Positions 39,237-51,162 of a stretch of DNA of 64,000 bases are shown here, piece after piece. Location: assembly GCA_963693365.1 (NCBI GenBank), contig CAVNZM010000001.1:3550907-3614906 (forward strand). The letters run 5' to 3'. Position 1 is the stretch's first letter, and each line of letters starts with the position of its first letter. The notes below the pieces were generated by a model. The model ran no database searches. It saw nothing but the letters and a program-made list of their open reading frames with translations, and was not told where the DNA came from. The position numbers and the translations under genes were made by a program. The stretch is from Amoebidium appalachense (lineage: Eukaryota > Protista > Ichthyosporea).

Positions 39237-42200
39237 GGGGGGGGGGGAGGAGGGGGGGGGGGGGGGGTCAATACCTGATAACTTTAACGAAAAAACAGCA
39301 GGCAGCCATCAACAATGACCCCTGCACCTGCAATATACATGTTTAGGTCATATCTGAACACCCGGATATCTAGCCACCTATCCACGTGCATAACCAACGT
39401 ACTATAGTGTACCAGATTCCCAGTCTTTCTATTCGGCTACTCACTACAATCTTCCCCAACCCCCCCCCTCTCCCACCACCACCTCCTTTCACGCCACATT
39501 CCCACCTACCCACATACACAACCCGCCCATTGTAACACATATCTCATGACTATCTACTAAAAAAAATATCCAACACACAGCATACAGTAGGCCCGTTTTC
39601 AGTTATCTGTTCGTAAACCTACCTCACATGCCATCCTGCAGTTACCGGTATCCGTGATGCTTACAAAAGCAGGATATCTGAATATCGAATATATCCCACA
39701 TGCAGTACACCCACACACGAATCTATCCCACATGCCGTATATCCGGCCACCGATGTATCCTTATAATCCGCGCTCAAAACTACCTAGCATTCAGTATCCC
39801 AGACCCGAATCTATCCTGCATGCCCGTAATACCCACACACACATCTATCACGTGTGCCGTATATCCACACACACACCTCTATCCCCCATGGCGTATATCC
39901 ACGCACCTGCAGTGCCGCAGTGAACCCCTGGTGCTGAGCCACGTTTTTCCGTGAGGGTGAGCCAGCAACCATTGCCGGTGCCAGGGTGGGCATGTTAAGT
40001 TCGTTTGGTGTGCGCACAGTGCTATTCACCAAAACCGCACACGCTGCAAAGATCAGTGATGGAAGGAAGAATAGCCCACGCCATCCCTGGAAGAAAGATT
40101 GATAATAGTTAGCATAAAGGATATGGTTTGTGTGCTCAAAAGTGTGTAGGTGTGCGTGTGCATGTGTGTGTGTGTGTGTGTGTGCACGCTTGCGCGTGTC
40201 TAATTGGTTGCGGCTGTTCGTCTTAGAGAGTACTTGGTCGGGTGTTTCTTTTTCTTTTCGTTTTTTTTTTTTTTTTTTTTTTTTGGTGGGGGGGGGGGGG
40301 GGGGGGGGGGGGGGGGAGGGGGGGGTTTGAACGCGGAACACGGTACGAAGTACGCATACACGAAGGACACATGCAAAGGCAAACATTCAAGTATGCAACA
40401 TAGCCATGTGCACAGTATGCGTCATAAGCAGAGCCCATCCTCAGGGAGGGCCCAAGTCATCAATTGCGTCTGAGTTTCGACCCCTTAGCCCGCGTATATA
40501 CGACTCTCCAACTCAGACAGCAGCATCAACTGAACTTGGGAGGGTCAACCCGTCTTGATCAAAGACGAGCAGGGTTGCTTATGCAAGCAAGGTGAGCAAA
40601 ACGGTGAAGATGTGTGTGCAAACTAATGCAGTGCAGCGAAAAATGTGTATGTGCTTACAGATGCACGACACAGAGCAACCATGCCCGGTTGCATGGAAGT
40701 AATGCGGTCTCCACACAGTGGTCTGTCCTGAAAGGACACCTCTGAAAGAAGACTGGGGGGGTTTGAAAGCGGAACACGGTACGAAGTACGCATACACGAA
40801 GGACACATGCAAAGGCAAACATTCAAGTATGCAACATAGCCATGTGCACAGTATGCGTCATAAGCAGAGCCCATCCTCAGGGAGGGCCCAAGTCATCAAT
40901 TGCGTCTGAGTTTCGACCCCTTAGCCCACGTATATACGACTCTCCAACTCAGACAGCAGCATCAACTGAACTTGGGAGGGTCAACCCGTCTTGATCAAAG
41001 ACGAGCAGGGTTGCTTATGCAAGCAAGGTGAGCAAAACGATGAATATGTGTGTGCAAACTAATGCAGTGCAGCGAAAAATGTGGGGGGGGGGAGATCGGT
41101 TTACGCGCACGTGCGTGGATATGTGTGTGTGTAGTGTGTAGTTTGTGGTGGTGGTTGTGGTTGGGGGGCAAGGAGGGGGGGGGGGGGGGGGGGGGGAGGG
41201 GGGAGTGAGAACGAAATGCTCCACTTGCAGTACCACAACTGTATTCGTGCTGGCAATAGTAAGCGTAACATGCACCTGCAAAAAACAGACGGGTACTAGT
41301 CCTGTGTGTCTATGCATGTGCATGTGCACGTGCCTCTGCCTTTGGTTTTAACAGTCGATGTTACGTGTTTGCAACCAGTGCGCTTCTGCGGAGACACGCT
41401 TTACACAAAACCACACAAGGGAGTTAGATAATGCTTGCGTAGGTATGAGCATATGTGTACGTGTTTACGCACAGCCCATCTATCCTCAGGGAAGCAAGTG
41501 CCTGTGGGTGAGCGCGGGGGGAGGGGGGGGGGGAGGGGGGGGGGTGTTTGGTGTACAAGTGTGAATGTGTACGGCTCTATGTGTGCATGTGTGATCTACA
41601 GGTGTGAGTATGATGCATGCATGCGTGGGTGGTAGGAAAACCAGGTGGGTGGGCAAGGGGTGGGGATTGTTTTCGTTTCCTAGTCGTTTTGTTCTTTAAT
41701 TTCCTTTCCTTTCCTTTCCTTTCCTTTCCTTTCCTTTCCTTTCCTTTCCTTTCCTTTCCTTTCCTTTCTTTTCTTCAACTTTTCTTTACCCCCTTTTTGG
41801 GGAAGGAGACGGGGAAAGGAGAGAAGGGGTTTGGATTCTCTTTCCTTTCCTTTCCTTTCTTACTTACTTTCTTCTTTCCTTTTTTTTTTTGTTTTGGGGG
41901 GGGGGGGGGGGGGGGGGGGAGGGGGAGGGGGTAGGGAAAAGAGAGGGAAGGGGGAAGGCGGTTAGAAGGGGGAGGGGGGGGGGGGGGGGGAGGGAGGAAC
42001 CTTATTCTCCAGCAACCATACAGCCACATACGTTGCCAGTGCCCCCCCCACAAAGGGGGACGATGCCCAGAGGCCAAAAAGGGATGCACGTGTGCTGTCG
42101 TCCAACCAGGGACCGACTGCTTTAATCATATTTGGCCATAGAACAGACTGGAAGGCACCGTTTGCAAACAAAAGAACCTGTTGGGAAGGAGTTGGGTGTT

Positions 42201-42800
42201 TGGGATGAGATGGGGGCAAGAGGGTGGTGGTGAAACACGTGGGAGAGAATGTGTGTGTGGTACAGTACAGCATATGTGTAATTTTCCCACAAATATGTTG
42301 CTCATGAATCACTTCCAGACACTTGTCTGTGTAAAACTGCAATGATATTCGCCCCACATATAAATGGGAAGCCAGGTGAGGTGGGGTGGGAAGGCAGGGC
42401 CCCCCGGGGGGGGGGGGGGGGGGGGGGGGGGAAGGGGGTTGCAGAGAGAGAGAGGGGGGGGGGGGGGGGTTGTATCGATTAGAGGGTTGGAATAAAGAAA
42501 TAAATTAAGTGGAGAGATCAAAAGACAAAACAAAAAACGCCATAAACAAATAAAAACCAGAGACCATTTTTTATTTTTTTTATTTTATTTTTTTTTTTGG
42601 GGGGGGGGGGGGGTTTGGGGGGGGAGGGGGAGAGAGAGAGAGAGGGAGGGGGGGGGGGGGGGGGGGGGGATTGTATGTATTAATGGGTTGGAAAAAGGTA
42701 ATAAAGGAAGTGGAGACATCAAAAGACAAAATACGAAAATGCCATAAAAAATATATAAACCAGAGACCATTTTTTTATTGAGGGGAGGGGGGTAGGGAGA

Positions 42801-42831
<31 letters not shown>

Positions 42832-43074
42832 GGGGGGGGGGGGGGGGGGAGGGGGGCAGGAAGGGTGGAGGAAAGAAGAAGAAAATCGTTGTTTCGTGCC
42901 CATAAGGATGTGGCGGTAAGATAGGTTGATAGCTAGGTCTGCAAGAGACATATCAAAGTTCGGCAAATAATTGACAACATGCTGCAGTAACCACCTTTTC
43001 AACTCCATGCTGATACACGGCGTGTGGACGGCTCCTTTTGAAAGCATCTCATAATTGCTGATCGAAGAGAGATA

Positions 43075-43105
<31 letters not shown>

Positions 43106-43264
43106 CGGTAGTTTGAATTGTGAGGATGGCAGGCGGGGAGGAGTGGTGGGTTGAAAGGAAGGGCAGTGGTGGAGGGTGGGTGGGTGGGTGGGTGGGTGGG
43201 AGGGGATAGAACGGAGAGGGGTGATATTAGGTGTAAGGGCAGGGGAGGGAGGGAGGGAGGGAGG

Positions 43265-43363
<99 letters not shown>

Positions 43364-44440
43364 GGGGGGGGGGGAAGAGGCAGAAGGCACATACCAGCAT
43401 GGGGGTGATGGAGTTGTATGAGCCCAGAGAGGCACATACTGCCGAGGCTCCAAATATAGACAGCACTATCACCTTCTGGGCCCCCTGCAGGTAGTATTCA
43501 AATGTGAGTGATTGCTGTTACTGTCATTGGAATTGTTACGAGCATAACCTTCTTTATTTCTCCCCCTTTTTTATGTAGGGTAGGGAGGGGGGGGGGAAAG
43601 GGGGGGTATATTTTATTTTCTTTTTTTTTGTGGTATGGGGGGAAGGGGAAGAAGGGGGGGGAGGGGGGGGGGGGGGGAGGGGGGAGGGTGTTTGATTGGA
43701 GGAAAACAAACGACAAACAAACACGGGACAGTACATAAAAGGCACGACCAAACAAACACCCATACACATCGGGGACCCGGGGGCGGGGGGGGGGGGGGGG
43801 GGGGTTAAGAATGTCGATGCTGACCACTGTAGGCGTTAGGCTGACGTCGCCCTGCCATGATTTTCGAACATTCCCTAACAGATTAAATCTGTCTGAAAAA
43901 TCTCTGTGATCGATACAATCGCTCCAGTAGATGTAATTATTTACACATAAACTCTCTCTAAGCAGATATCATCTTTTGGAGACAAAATCTCTCTGGTAGG
44001 CATAATCTGTAGTAGATATGATCTCTATAAGCCTCTCTAGTATTTATTATCCCACCAGAAGAAAGCATCTCTCAAGTAGATATAATGGGGGGGGGGGGGG
44101 GGGGGGGAGGGGGCTGTTTGCAATAACAGAGCGTGTGTGGTAGTGTATGTATGCACTAATTGTGTCTGTAAGCTCAGTTATGGCTTTCTATTTATACCTC
44201 TCATTTTTTCCTTGTGTGTGCACGAGCGGTGCCCCGGAGAAGAGTTTGGGGGGGGGGGGGGGGGGGGGAAAGGGGGAGGGGGGGAGGGGGGGGGGGGGGG
44301 GGGGAGGTTACATAGAGGTCACCAAGAGATGCTAGAAACATCTGGAAAGTGGCGTAAGGAAGAAGGAATGCAGTGTCGATCAGCCCCAGGTGCTGGGCTG
44401 TCACATTGAGATCCTGCATCATGGCACTCTTGCCGAGGCT

Positions 44441-44508
<68 letters not shown>

Positions 44509-44575
44509 CGCGCGCGCCCAGAATTACCTGAGTGCAAATCACTGATCCTCTGATCTTGTGCCTCACGTCTTTCAG

Positions 44576-44615
<40 letters not shown>

Positions 44616-44888
44616 CCCCCCAAAAAAAAAAAAAAAAAAAGGCTCCCTGCCCCTCCCCAGAATGTTCATGTCTTCTCTCCATAACTTCTCTATTCCCCTC
44701 TCCCTTCCCCTCGCTCCCTCCCCCCTCCCCCCCCCCCCCCCCCCCCTCCCTCTCAAAACCCTCCCCATCACCGCCATAACCCTTTTCCCCTTCCCTCCCT
44801 CCCTCCCTCCCTCACTCCCTCTCTCTCCCTCCCTCTCTCCCCCCCCCCCCCCCCCCCCCTCTCTCTCCCTCCCTCCGCTCTCTCTCTC

Positions 44889-44933
<45 letters not shown>

Positions 44934-46011
44934 ACCACCACCCCCACCTGGGGCCTCCCGTTCTACCAGAGAAACATGGATTGCCCTGCCTGCACCCAAA
45001 CCACAATGACAACGTTCTTTCAATGTGTAACTGAAAAATCAGAGTACCAGATATAACCGCCCGTCCATAGTAGTATGTATGCCTTAGCCGTTGGCATTTT
45101 TGCAGGCCTTGCTTATTGTTCTCCCGAAAACGTTCCTAATCTCCATAATGCCCTTCCCCTCTCCCTCCCCCCCCCCCCTGCACCCCACTCCTCTTCCTGC
45201 CCTCCCCTCCCGATTCCCCCCTTCCCCTCCACCTCCCCTCCACTTCTCTCCCTCCGTATCTCACACTCTCTCCGTCCTCCTCTCCTCCCTCTCCTTCCCT
45301 GCCCCCCCCCCTCCCCCCCTCTCCATATCTCTTCCTCCCTCCCCCCCTCGTCTCCTTTTCCCTTTTCCCCACACTTTCTTTCTCCAGCAGTCACTTCCCC
45401 CCCCCCCCCCCCCCTCTCTCTCTCCCCCCCCCCCCCCCCACCCCCCTCGCCCTCCCCTTCTCCCCTCCCCTCCCCCTTCCCCCCCCCCGTCCTTCCCCCC
45501 CATCTCTCCCACACACTCTCTCCCCCTCTTTCTCCCTCTTCTCTCCCACATGCTCTCGAGCAATCCTCCCCTCAACCCACTTTCCCTCCTGCCCTCCGTC
45601 ACTCCACTTGCACCCAAATACTCAAGAACCCAATAACCCTTATTCTTCTTCACCAATAAGTGCATAAGACCTGCAGCTTCAAAGTAGCTCTTAGGTCCTC
45701 ATACGGTGGGCCAGAGGGGCAAGGGACGGGAGTTGGGGGCAGAGGAGGGGGGGGAAGGCTTCACGACAGAGCAGAACTCACACACATAATATTACAGGCA
45801 TATGTTCGCACGTCCACTGTTCCAGCAGTAACCAGCACGAAAAAGCTATGGGCGTTCTCTCTAGATCTAGGTAATTGGGCTGGGGGCCGGGGGCAAGGGA
45901 TGGGCGAGGAAAGGAAGGAGGTAAGAGAGGGGGGTGGGTGGATGGGTGGGTGGATGGGTGGTGGGGGGGGGGGGCGGGAAGGGAGGGGAGGGGAGGGGGA
46001 GGGGGAGGGGG

Positions 46012-46055
<44 letters not shown>

Positions 46056-46286
46056 AAATCTAAAAAGGGTGAGTACATGTCTGTATGAGTGTGAGAGATC
46101 CAGCGCATGCACAAGAGCGTACTTGGATGTACACACGCACGCCCACCTTATTGGCTTTCTCAGCAGATAGGCGCACGCATACGCTATAAAGGTAACAGTC
46201 AGGATCTGCATCTGCTGCTGTCGTAGGCGTGTCCAACGAAGAGGGTTGACCCACAAAGGGCCCAAGTCATACACAGGAGCGGACAT
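35758..46286 (-). CDS. MFS organophosphate:Pi antiporter family transporter (SLC37/GlpT/UhpC-like), 9 exons, 446 aa
   Basis: Exons 46286-46147, 44438-44312, 43484-43395, 42177-42001, 40086-39907, 39327-39275, 38683-38295, 37725-37668, 35884-35758 (1341 nt, phases consistent). Motifs YACAYLLRKPIS, LGLIDTAFLLPYA, NGAFQSVLWP, R..LFGLW, FFVKVIRYALMMWLPLY, YDVGG, AAVAGFLNGVGSIG. Confidence 0.92.
40326..41083. mobile_element. Structured dispersed repeat, head-to-tail tandem (one full 436-bp unit plus a ~320-bp partial) in intron 4 of the MFS gene
   Basis: Units start at 40326 and 40762 with TTTGAA(C/A)GCGGAACACGGTACG and are nearly identical to each other and to 8876-9260. Confidence 0.9.
42471..42777. 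repeat. Diverged local duplication (~100-bp core, ~200-bp period) in MFS intron 3
   Basis: GGGTTGGAA..AAGTGGAGA.ATCAAAAGACAAAA..GCCATAAA..AAACCAGAGACCATTTTTT at ~42471 and ~42672. Confidence 0.8.
43879..44085. repeat. Degenerate array of palindromic AGATANNATCT units
   Basis: AGATTAAATCT, AGATATCATCT, AGACAAAATCT, AGGCATAATCT, AGATATGATCT, AGATATAAT; core spacing ~16-18 nt. Confidence 0.55.
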
Positions 46287-46942
46287 GTTCAAGCCGTTCA
46301 CACACAATACCACAAGCACAGGGTTGAGTGACTACTTGGTCAAAATATGACGTGCAAAGCTAGTCGACCTAGATATGTTCTGCTGCTTGGAATAGTGGGT
46401 TTGCGTCTAATTATGAGCAGTGGTCGTTTCTTTCCTGTTTCTGCTCCTCTCCTAACTGAGCTTCCCGCCGAAGTTCCCGGCCAGTCCCCAATCAAGTTGG
46501 CCAACGTTGACCGAAGCTCCAAGTTGCTCCAAACTTTCCAACAACAACCCCCCCTCAACTAAATCTACACAAACAGCAACGTTTGATTGGCTCGATAAGA
46601 TGAATGGCCGAATTTGCAAGAGCACCCCCTAGATTACGTAATAGCGTTCTAGTTCTCACGGTTGCGCCGCCGGCGGGTCCCAACGCCGGGCCTATATTGC
46701 AATTGTGCAAAAGGGCTCCGAGGAAATGCGTTGCAGATGGCATGCCTTCTCACGAAGATGACGGTCCACCGCAGGGAACAATGAGCTCCTGGGGTTAGAG
46801 CAATAAATCATTTGCACTGGGATACATTGTGGCCTGTAGTTCTGTGTGCGTGTGTGTATGTGTGTGCGTCTGATTTCGCTCTGGATTTTTTTGTGTTTGT
46901 GGCAATGGAAACGCCATCGCGATCGATTTCGCCATTGTTGCC

Positions 46943-47079
46943 TCAAAGTTTCGATTGTTAGTGGGTAATCTTCTAATCTCAGACACCTGGGCCACGGCCC
47001 TCTGAGGGTCAAAGTTTCGATTGTTAGTGGGTAATCTTCTAATCTCAGACACCTGGGCCACGGCCCTCTGAGGGCCGTG
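46943..47079. repeat. Perfect 66-bp tandem duplication ending in a GC-rich hairpin
   Basis: Units 46943-47008 and 47009-47074; hairpin CACGGCCCTC-T-GAGGGCCGTG at 47059-47079. Confidence 0.9.
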
Positions 47080-47958
47080 CCTGGGCTCAGTATGTGCGTG
47101 CGGTTGCCATTAGATGGCTGTGTGCGTCCATGTGCAAAGCGCTTGTCACCTTAAAGTATATACCGTAGTTATGGATAAGTGCACGTGTCAGAGAGTGTGC
47201 TTGTGTGAATGCATGTCTGAGCCTTTGTGTGTGCGTGCGTGTGTGCGTTTGCGTGCGTGTGTGCAGTTATGCATGTAAGTGTACGTGTACGTGTGTGTGT
47301 GTGTACATGTGTGCGTGCGCATGTGTGTGTGTGTTCATGCACACGTGCGTGTGCGTGTGTGCGTGTGTTTTTCTGTATGTGTGCGTGCTTTGCAATTGAG
47401 TGTGTGAGTGTATGCGTGCATGTGCATGTATGTGCGTGCATGTGCATGTGTGCGCGTGCATTTGTGTGTGTGTGTGTGGTCATGACGTGTATGCGTGCAC
47501 GCCAGTGTCTCTGGCAAGTGTGCGTGCTTGTGTATTGGATGTGTGGCATCATGCTATGTAGCACTGTGTATGCATGATTTCAGTGTGTACGTGTGTTCTT
47601 TTGAAACCATTGCAAGGGTGTGTGAATGAGTAGATCATCTGCCATGTGCACAAGCGTTAAACTTTCGAATGAAGATAAGAAACACTGCTTGGTCTGTGTT
47701 GTGAGATGCAAGCGGAGGGGAAGGCGTGAGGGGCAGGTGGGGGGGGGGGGGGGGGGGGGGAGGGGGGGGGGGAGGGGAAGGTGAAAGGCAATGAAGAAAA
47801 GGAATCTGGAGACTAAACTGACAGTGTGTGGCTTGATGCCCGATGATTCATCAACTTACTGAGTTGTCTCGTGAATCACATATAAAAATCCACCTATATC
47901 ATCGCCATACAGTATTTGTGTGCGCTTAAGTGCTTTTTTTTTTTTTTTTTGCTGCTTT

Positions 47959-48053
<95 letters not shown>

Positions 48054-48320
48054 GTGTGTGTGAGAGAGAGATGAATGCAAATGTAATGTGCAAGAGCTGC
48101 ATGAACATGTACCAATTTTTTTGCTTCGAGTATTTATTTCGTTGGGGATAGACCAGCTATTGCCCCATCAGGAGAGTTGCAGGAATAACTAGAATAGCAG
48201 AAACATTCGCACATTACTAACTTTAGATAGCATTCATTCAGGTAACATTATCATGCGATCAACTAAAACTCATTCATTCATTCCAAATAGCTTAGGGGGA
48301 ATTACATTTTACATCAGTAT

Positions 48321-49502
48321 TTACAACATAAACGCCATAGGAGGGAACTGAATCCTCCTTGCACCCAGGGTCATGCGCTTCTGTGAAGCACTGCCGCTGC
48401 CGTTTCTCTGCGCCTTCTTTCCCTTTCCAATGCGCACACCAGCAGCCGCCTCCTCCGACTCTGTGGTAGACACAATAGCTTGTGTGTTGACGTCGGTGGT
48501 CCGAGCATGAATAACAGTCGAGGTCATTTCGAACAGGCGCGGCCCAAGGGGAAGAGAGCCAACGCTGGAAGAAGTGGGGAGGGTGTGTGGGCGCTCCTCT
48601 TCAGAAACTACCTGTCGCATATCGGCAGGTGTGGCAGTAGCAACGCTAGGAAGGCGGGGAGACGACGCCGGGGTGCTGGGGGTGGATGAAGGGCATGAAG
48701 TGCCCGGGCAGTTGAGGTCCGAGCACGGGGGTGGAACGGTCATGTACTTGCCGTGCTTGTTGTACTTGGTCTCCTTGATCACAACACGCTCAACCTTCTT
48801 TTCGTCTTCACAATCCAGGCGAAGGGTTTGGTTGACGAAAATGTGGCAAGGCAAATTCTTGATGCCGAGCACCGCCATGAAATACTCGCAGCCAACGCGC
48901 AGTTGTGCGGCGAGTGGGGCACGGATGGCCATGATGGACACCTTTCCGTGCGCAGCACGTTCCTCGTTGGAGATGCGATAGATTTCCTCATCGCTAAGAC
49001 CCAGGACGCAACGGTCGTTCACCTGAATGATAGTGTCGCCTTTGCTAAAACCGGCCTTGTCGCAAACAGTCCCGGGGTGCACGTCCGAGATGCAGTTTTC
49101 GTCGAGCTCAATGCCGAAAAGCTGGTCTCCTTCCACCTCGGCGACCTTTGCAATAACTGGGCGTTCGTCGATTTCAATCGTGACGACAGTTGCGTTTTTG
49201 AGTGTGGCTTGAAGCTGGTCAAGGTCTGTGCTCGAGTCTACGCTAGTGCCGTTTACTGTGTTCAACCTATCACCAAACTTAAAACCTGCTCTGTAAGCGG
49301 CCGAGAGCTTGAGCTCTGCAAACTTGTCAACCCTAATAACGTACAAGTATTTACCGACGGGAGCGAACAGCGCGCCGAAAGGGGCGCGAGCATCCTTACG
49401 AATGGTTACTTCACGAACTTTGGCTGACTTGGAAAGCCAGTTGCTATCGAAGGCGCTATTGTTTGCCTCTTCAACGGCAGATTTGGTTTCGTAAAATCCC
49501 AT
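48321..49502 (-). CDS. Syntenin-like tandem-PDZ protein, paralog 1 (393 aa, intronless)
   Basis: VREVTIRKD..AAYRAGFKFGDRLNTVNG..VTIEIDERP..TIIQVNDRCVLGLSDEEI parallels syntenin IREVILCKD..GLRFGDQVLQING..IRDRP..EINGQNVIGLKDSQI. ATG 49502 chosen because a TATA box lies at 49568-49575. Confidence 0.88.
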   Translation of the reverse strand: MGFYETKSAVEEANNSAFDSNWLSKSAKVREVTIRKDARAPFGALFAPVGKYLYVIRVDKFAELKLSAAYRAGFKFGDRLNTVNGTSVDSSTDLDQLQATLKNATVVTIEIDERPVIAKVAEVEGDQLFGIELDENCISDVHPGTVCDKAGFSKGDTIIQVNDRCVLGLSDEEIYRISNEERAAHGKVSIMAIRAPLAAQLRVGCEYFMAVLGIKNLPCHIFVNQTLRLDCEDEKKVERVVIKETKYNKHGKYMTVPPPCSDLNCPGTSCPSSTPSTPASSPRLPSVATATPADMRQVVSEEERPHTLPTSSSVGSLPLGPRLFEMTSTVIHARTTDVNTQAIVSTTESEEAAAGVRIGKGKKAQRNGSGSASQKRMTLGARRIQFPPMAFML

Positions 49503-49567
49503 TTTTTGTGTGTTTTCAATCGTTCCGAATTTTCGATTTTGACTGAGGCTGACATGCAAATAGCGGC

Positions 49568-49575
49568 TTTATATA
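49568..49575 (-). promoter_or_regulatory. TATA box of PDZ paralog 1
   Basis: TATATAAA ~66 nt upstream of the ATG; an equivalent TATATATT sits ~69 nt upstream of paralog 2. Confidence 0.6.
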
Positions 49576-51162
49576 CCCCTGGAATCTCCAGGTGCGCAGA
49601 GCGAAGCAAATCGAAATGTGACGTCAGCAAATCGTGAGATGCCGGCGGCCCGGCCTGATTTTAGACTCACAACCGGCCTTGGGTCCTGAGGCGCCCGCAG
49701 AAATGGAATATATGTGTTTGTAAGGCGTGACTTGCATGTAAATTAGTATGGGTCCCTGTAAAAGGCCTATATACTCAGCACTTGTAGAGGCACAATTCAC
49801 AAGAAACATGATCTTAGTTCGACAGGACCATCCCGTGGCTGCGTGTGTTCATGTGCGCTAGTGCATTTGATTGATTGGGTTCCGAAGCACCAATTAACGC
49901 ACGGATGAAGGATATTGACCAATCGGCATTGACCAGTGCTTATGTAGTTTAAAATGATTGGCGCAGCCATCACCGTAAACCTGGCACATGCAATATACTT
50001 AGCGCGTTTTGATTGGTGGTTACCTCTTGGTCCATTAGATCAACACAGTAGCACCCCGCCGCAGTCAAACAAGAGAAAGCCACGCGAATGTAAGTTGTAC
50101 TTACAGATTTCTGCGTTATCTGGATCAAAGCACCTATTTAAATGGGTATGTAAGCCAGAGAGCTTGTGGTGTTGTCATTTCATCGTTTTCTCCTTGTGTA
50201 GAGAGTCGGGCACGTCTACGCCTTTCAACAAATTGTGCAGCAGCCCATTTTCATTGGACATCGATGTTTCCCGCCTCCAATCCTAGGGCATTTCTGCAGT
50301 AAGTAACCAATCAGATCTTTCTATTTTGTTGGGTTCTAGATTAGAATCTTCGATCCGCTTCTGGCCCATTCCCTCCCTCACGCCGATGAACTCGGTTTCT
50401 CCTAGGAAAAAAGAAGAAAAAGGCACATGCCAATCTTGTTATTTATGTATTTCTTTGTTAACAAAATCCACAGCTGAGTATAATCAGGCATTTATTTGCT
50501 GTTAGGTGCTCACATAGACTGGAAGAATGTAATGTTTACGTGATCGCACGTACCGCATGTAGGATCACAGGAATGCGTTAGCGGAGCACCTGGACCAATT
50601 ACGCATTCCGACGCATTCCGTTTGGGTTCCCGAAAACCTGCCTGGGCAACTGCAACCCGGGGCAGTTCACCAATTCCGCACGTGAGGCCCTAGTAGGTGC
50701 GAAATTTGGCGCGAAAAGCCATCGGTTTGCTCGAAAACCCAACCATGTGCATGGCACATGGCATCACGCTGTCCCCCACGAGGTGTGTGTGGGCTGATAA
50801 CAAACTGATTGGGTGTCGAGACCAAAGAGTTCAGAAGATCGCGAGTCACGGCGAGTGTGAAACCCTTGCTGTGTACAACTGTGTGTGTGGCTGTGTGCCC
50901 GTCCCCAACATTAATAGAACATGCCAGAAGGTCCAGATGCACACTGTAGATGGACTAGTATAGCACATGGCACATGTGGTGTGAATGTGAAGCAGGGAAA
51001 AAAGTCCTTGAATATGCATGTGCATATACAATCAATACCGTATACATATGCATGCGCCGATGAGACCTGTGTCAATAGGTAGATGTACAAACAAATGCAG
51101 CCGGCCGTCTTATCACAGCCAATAATCAGACATGCGTATGTACAAATAAACCCCGCAATAGT

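Noticed and set aside
40430-40520. Hammerhead or group IE intron core in the structured repeat (CUGAGGA, GAAAC, GCGGGCTAAGGGGTC on the minus strand)
   Set aside because: Stem II and the GUH cleavage triplet cannot be formed in any hammerhead permutation, and group I P/Q/S elements are absent.
48574-49427. Long antisense ORFs over the PDZ genes (also 59385-59929)
   Set aside because: Shadow frames produced by codon bias of the real minus-strand genes.
49503-49559. N-terminal extensions of the PDZ ORFs in the track (starts at 49559 and 60235)
   Set aside because: Non-ATG starts lying too close to the TATA boxes and not conserved between paralogs.
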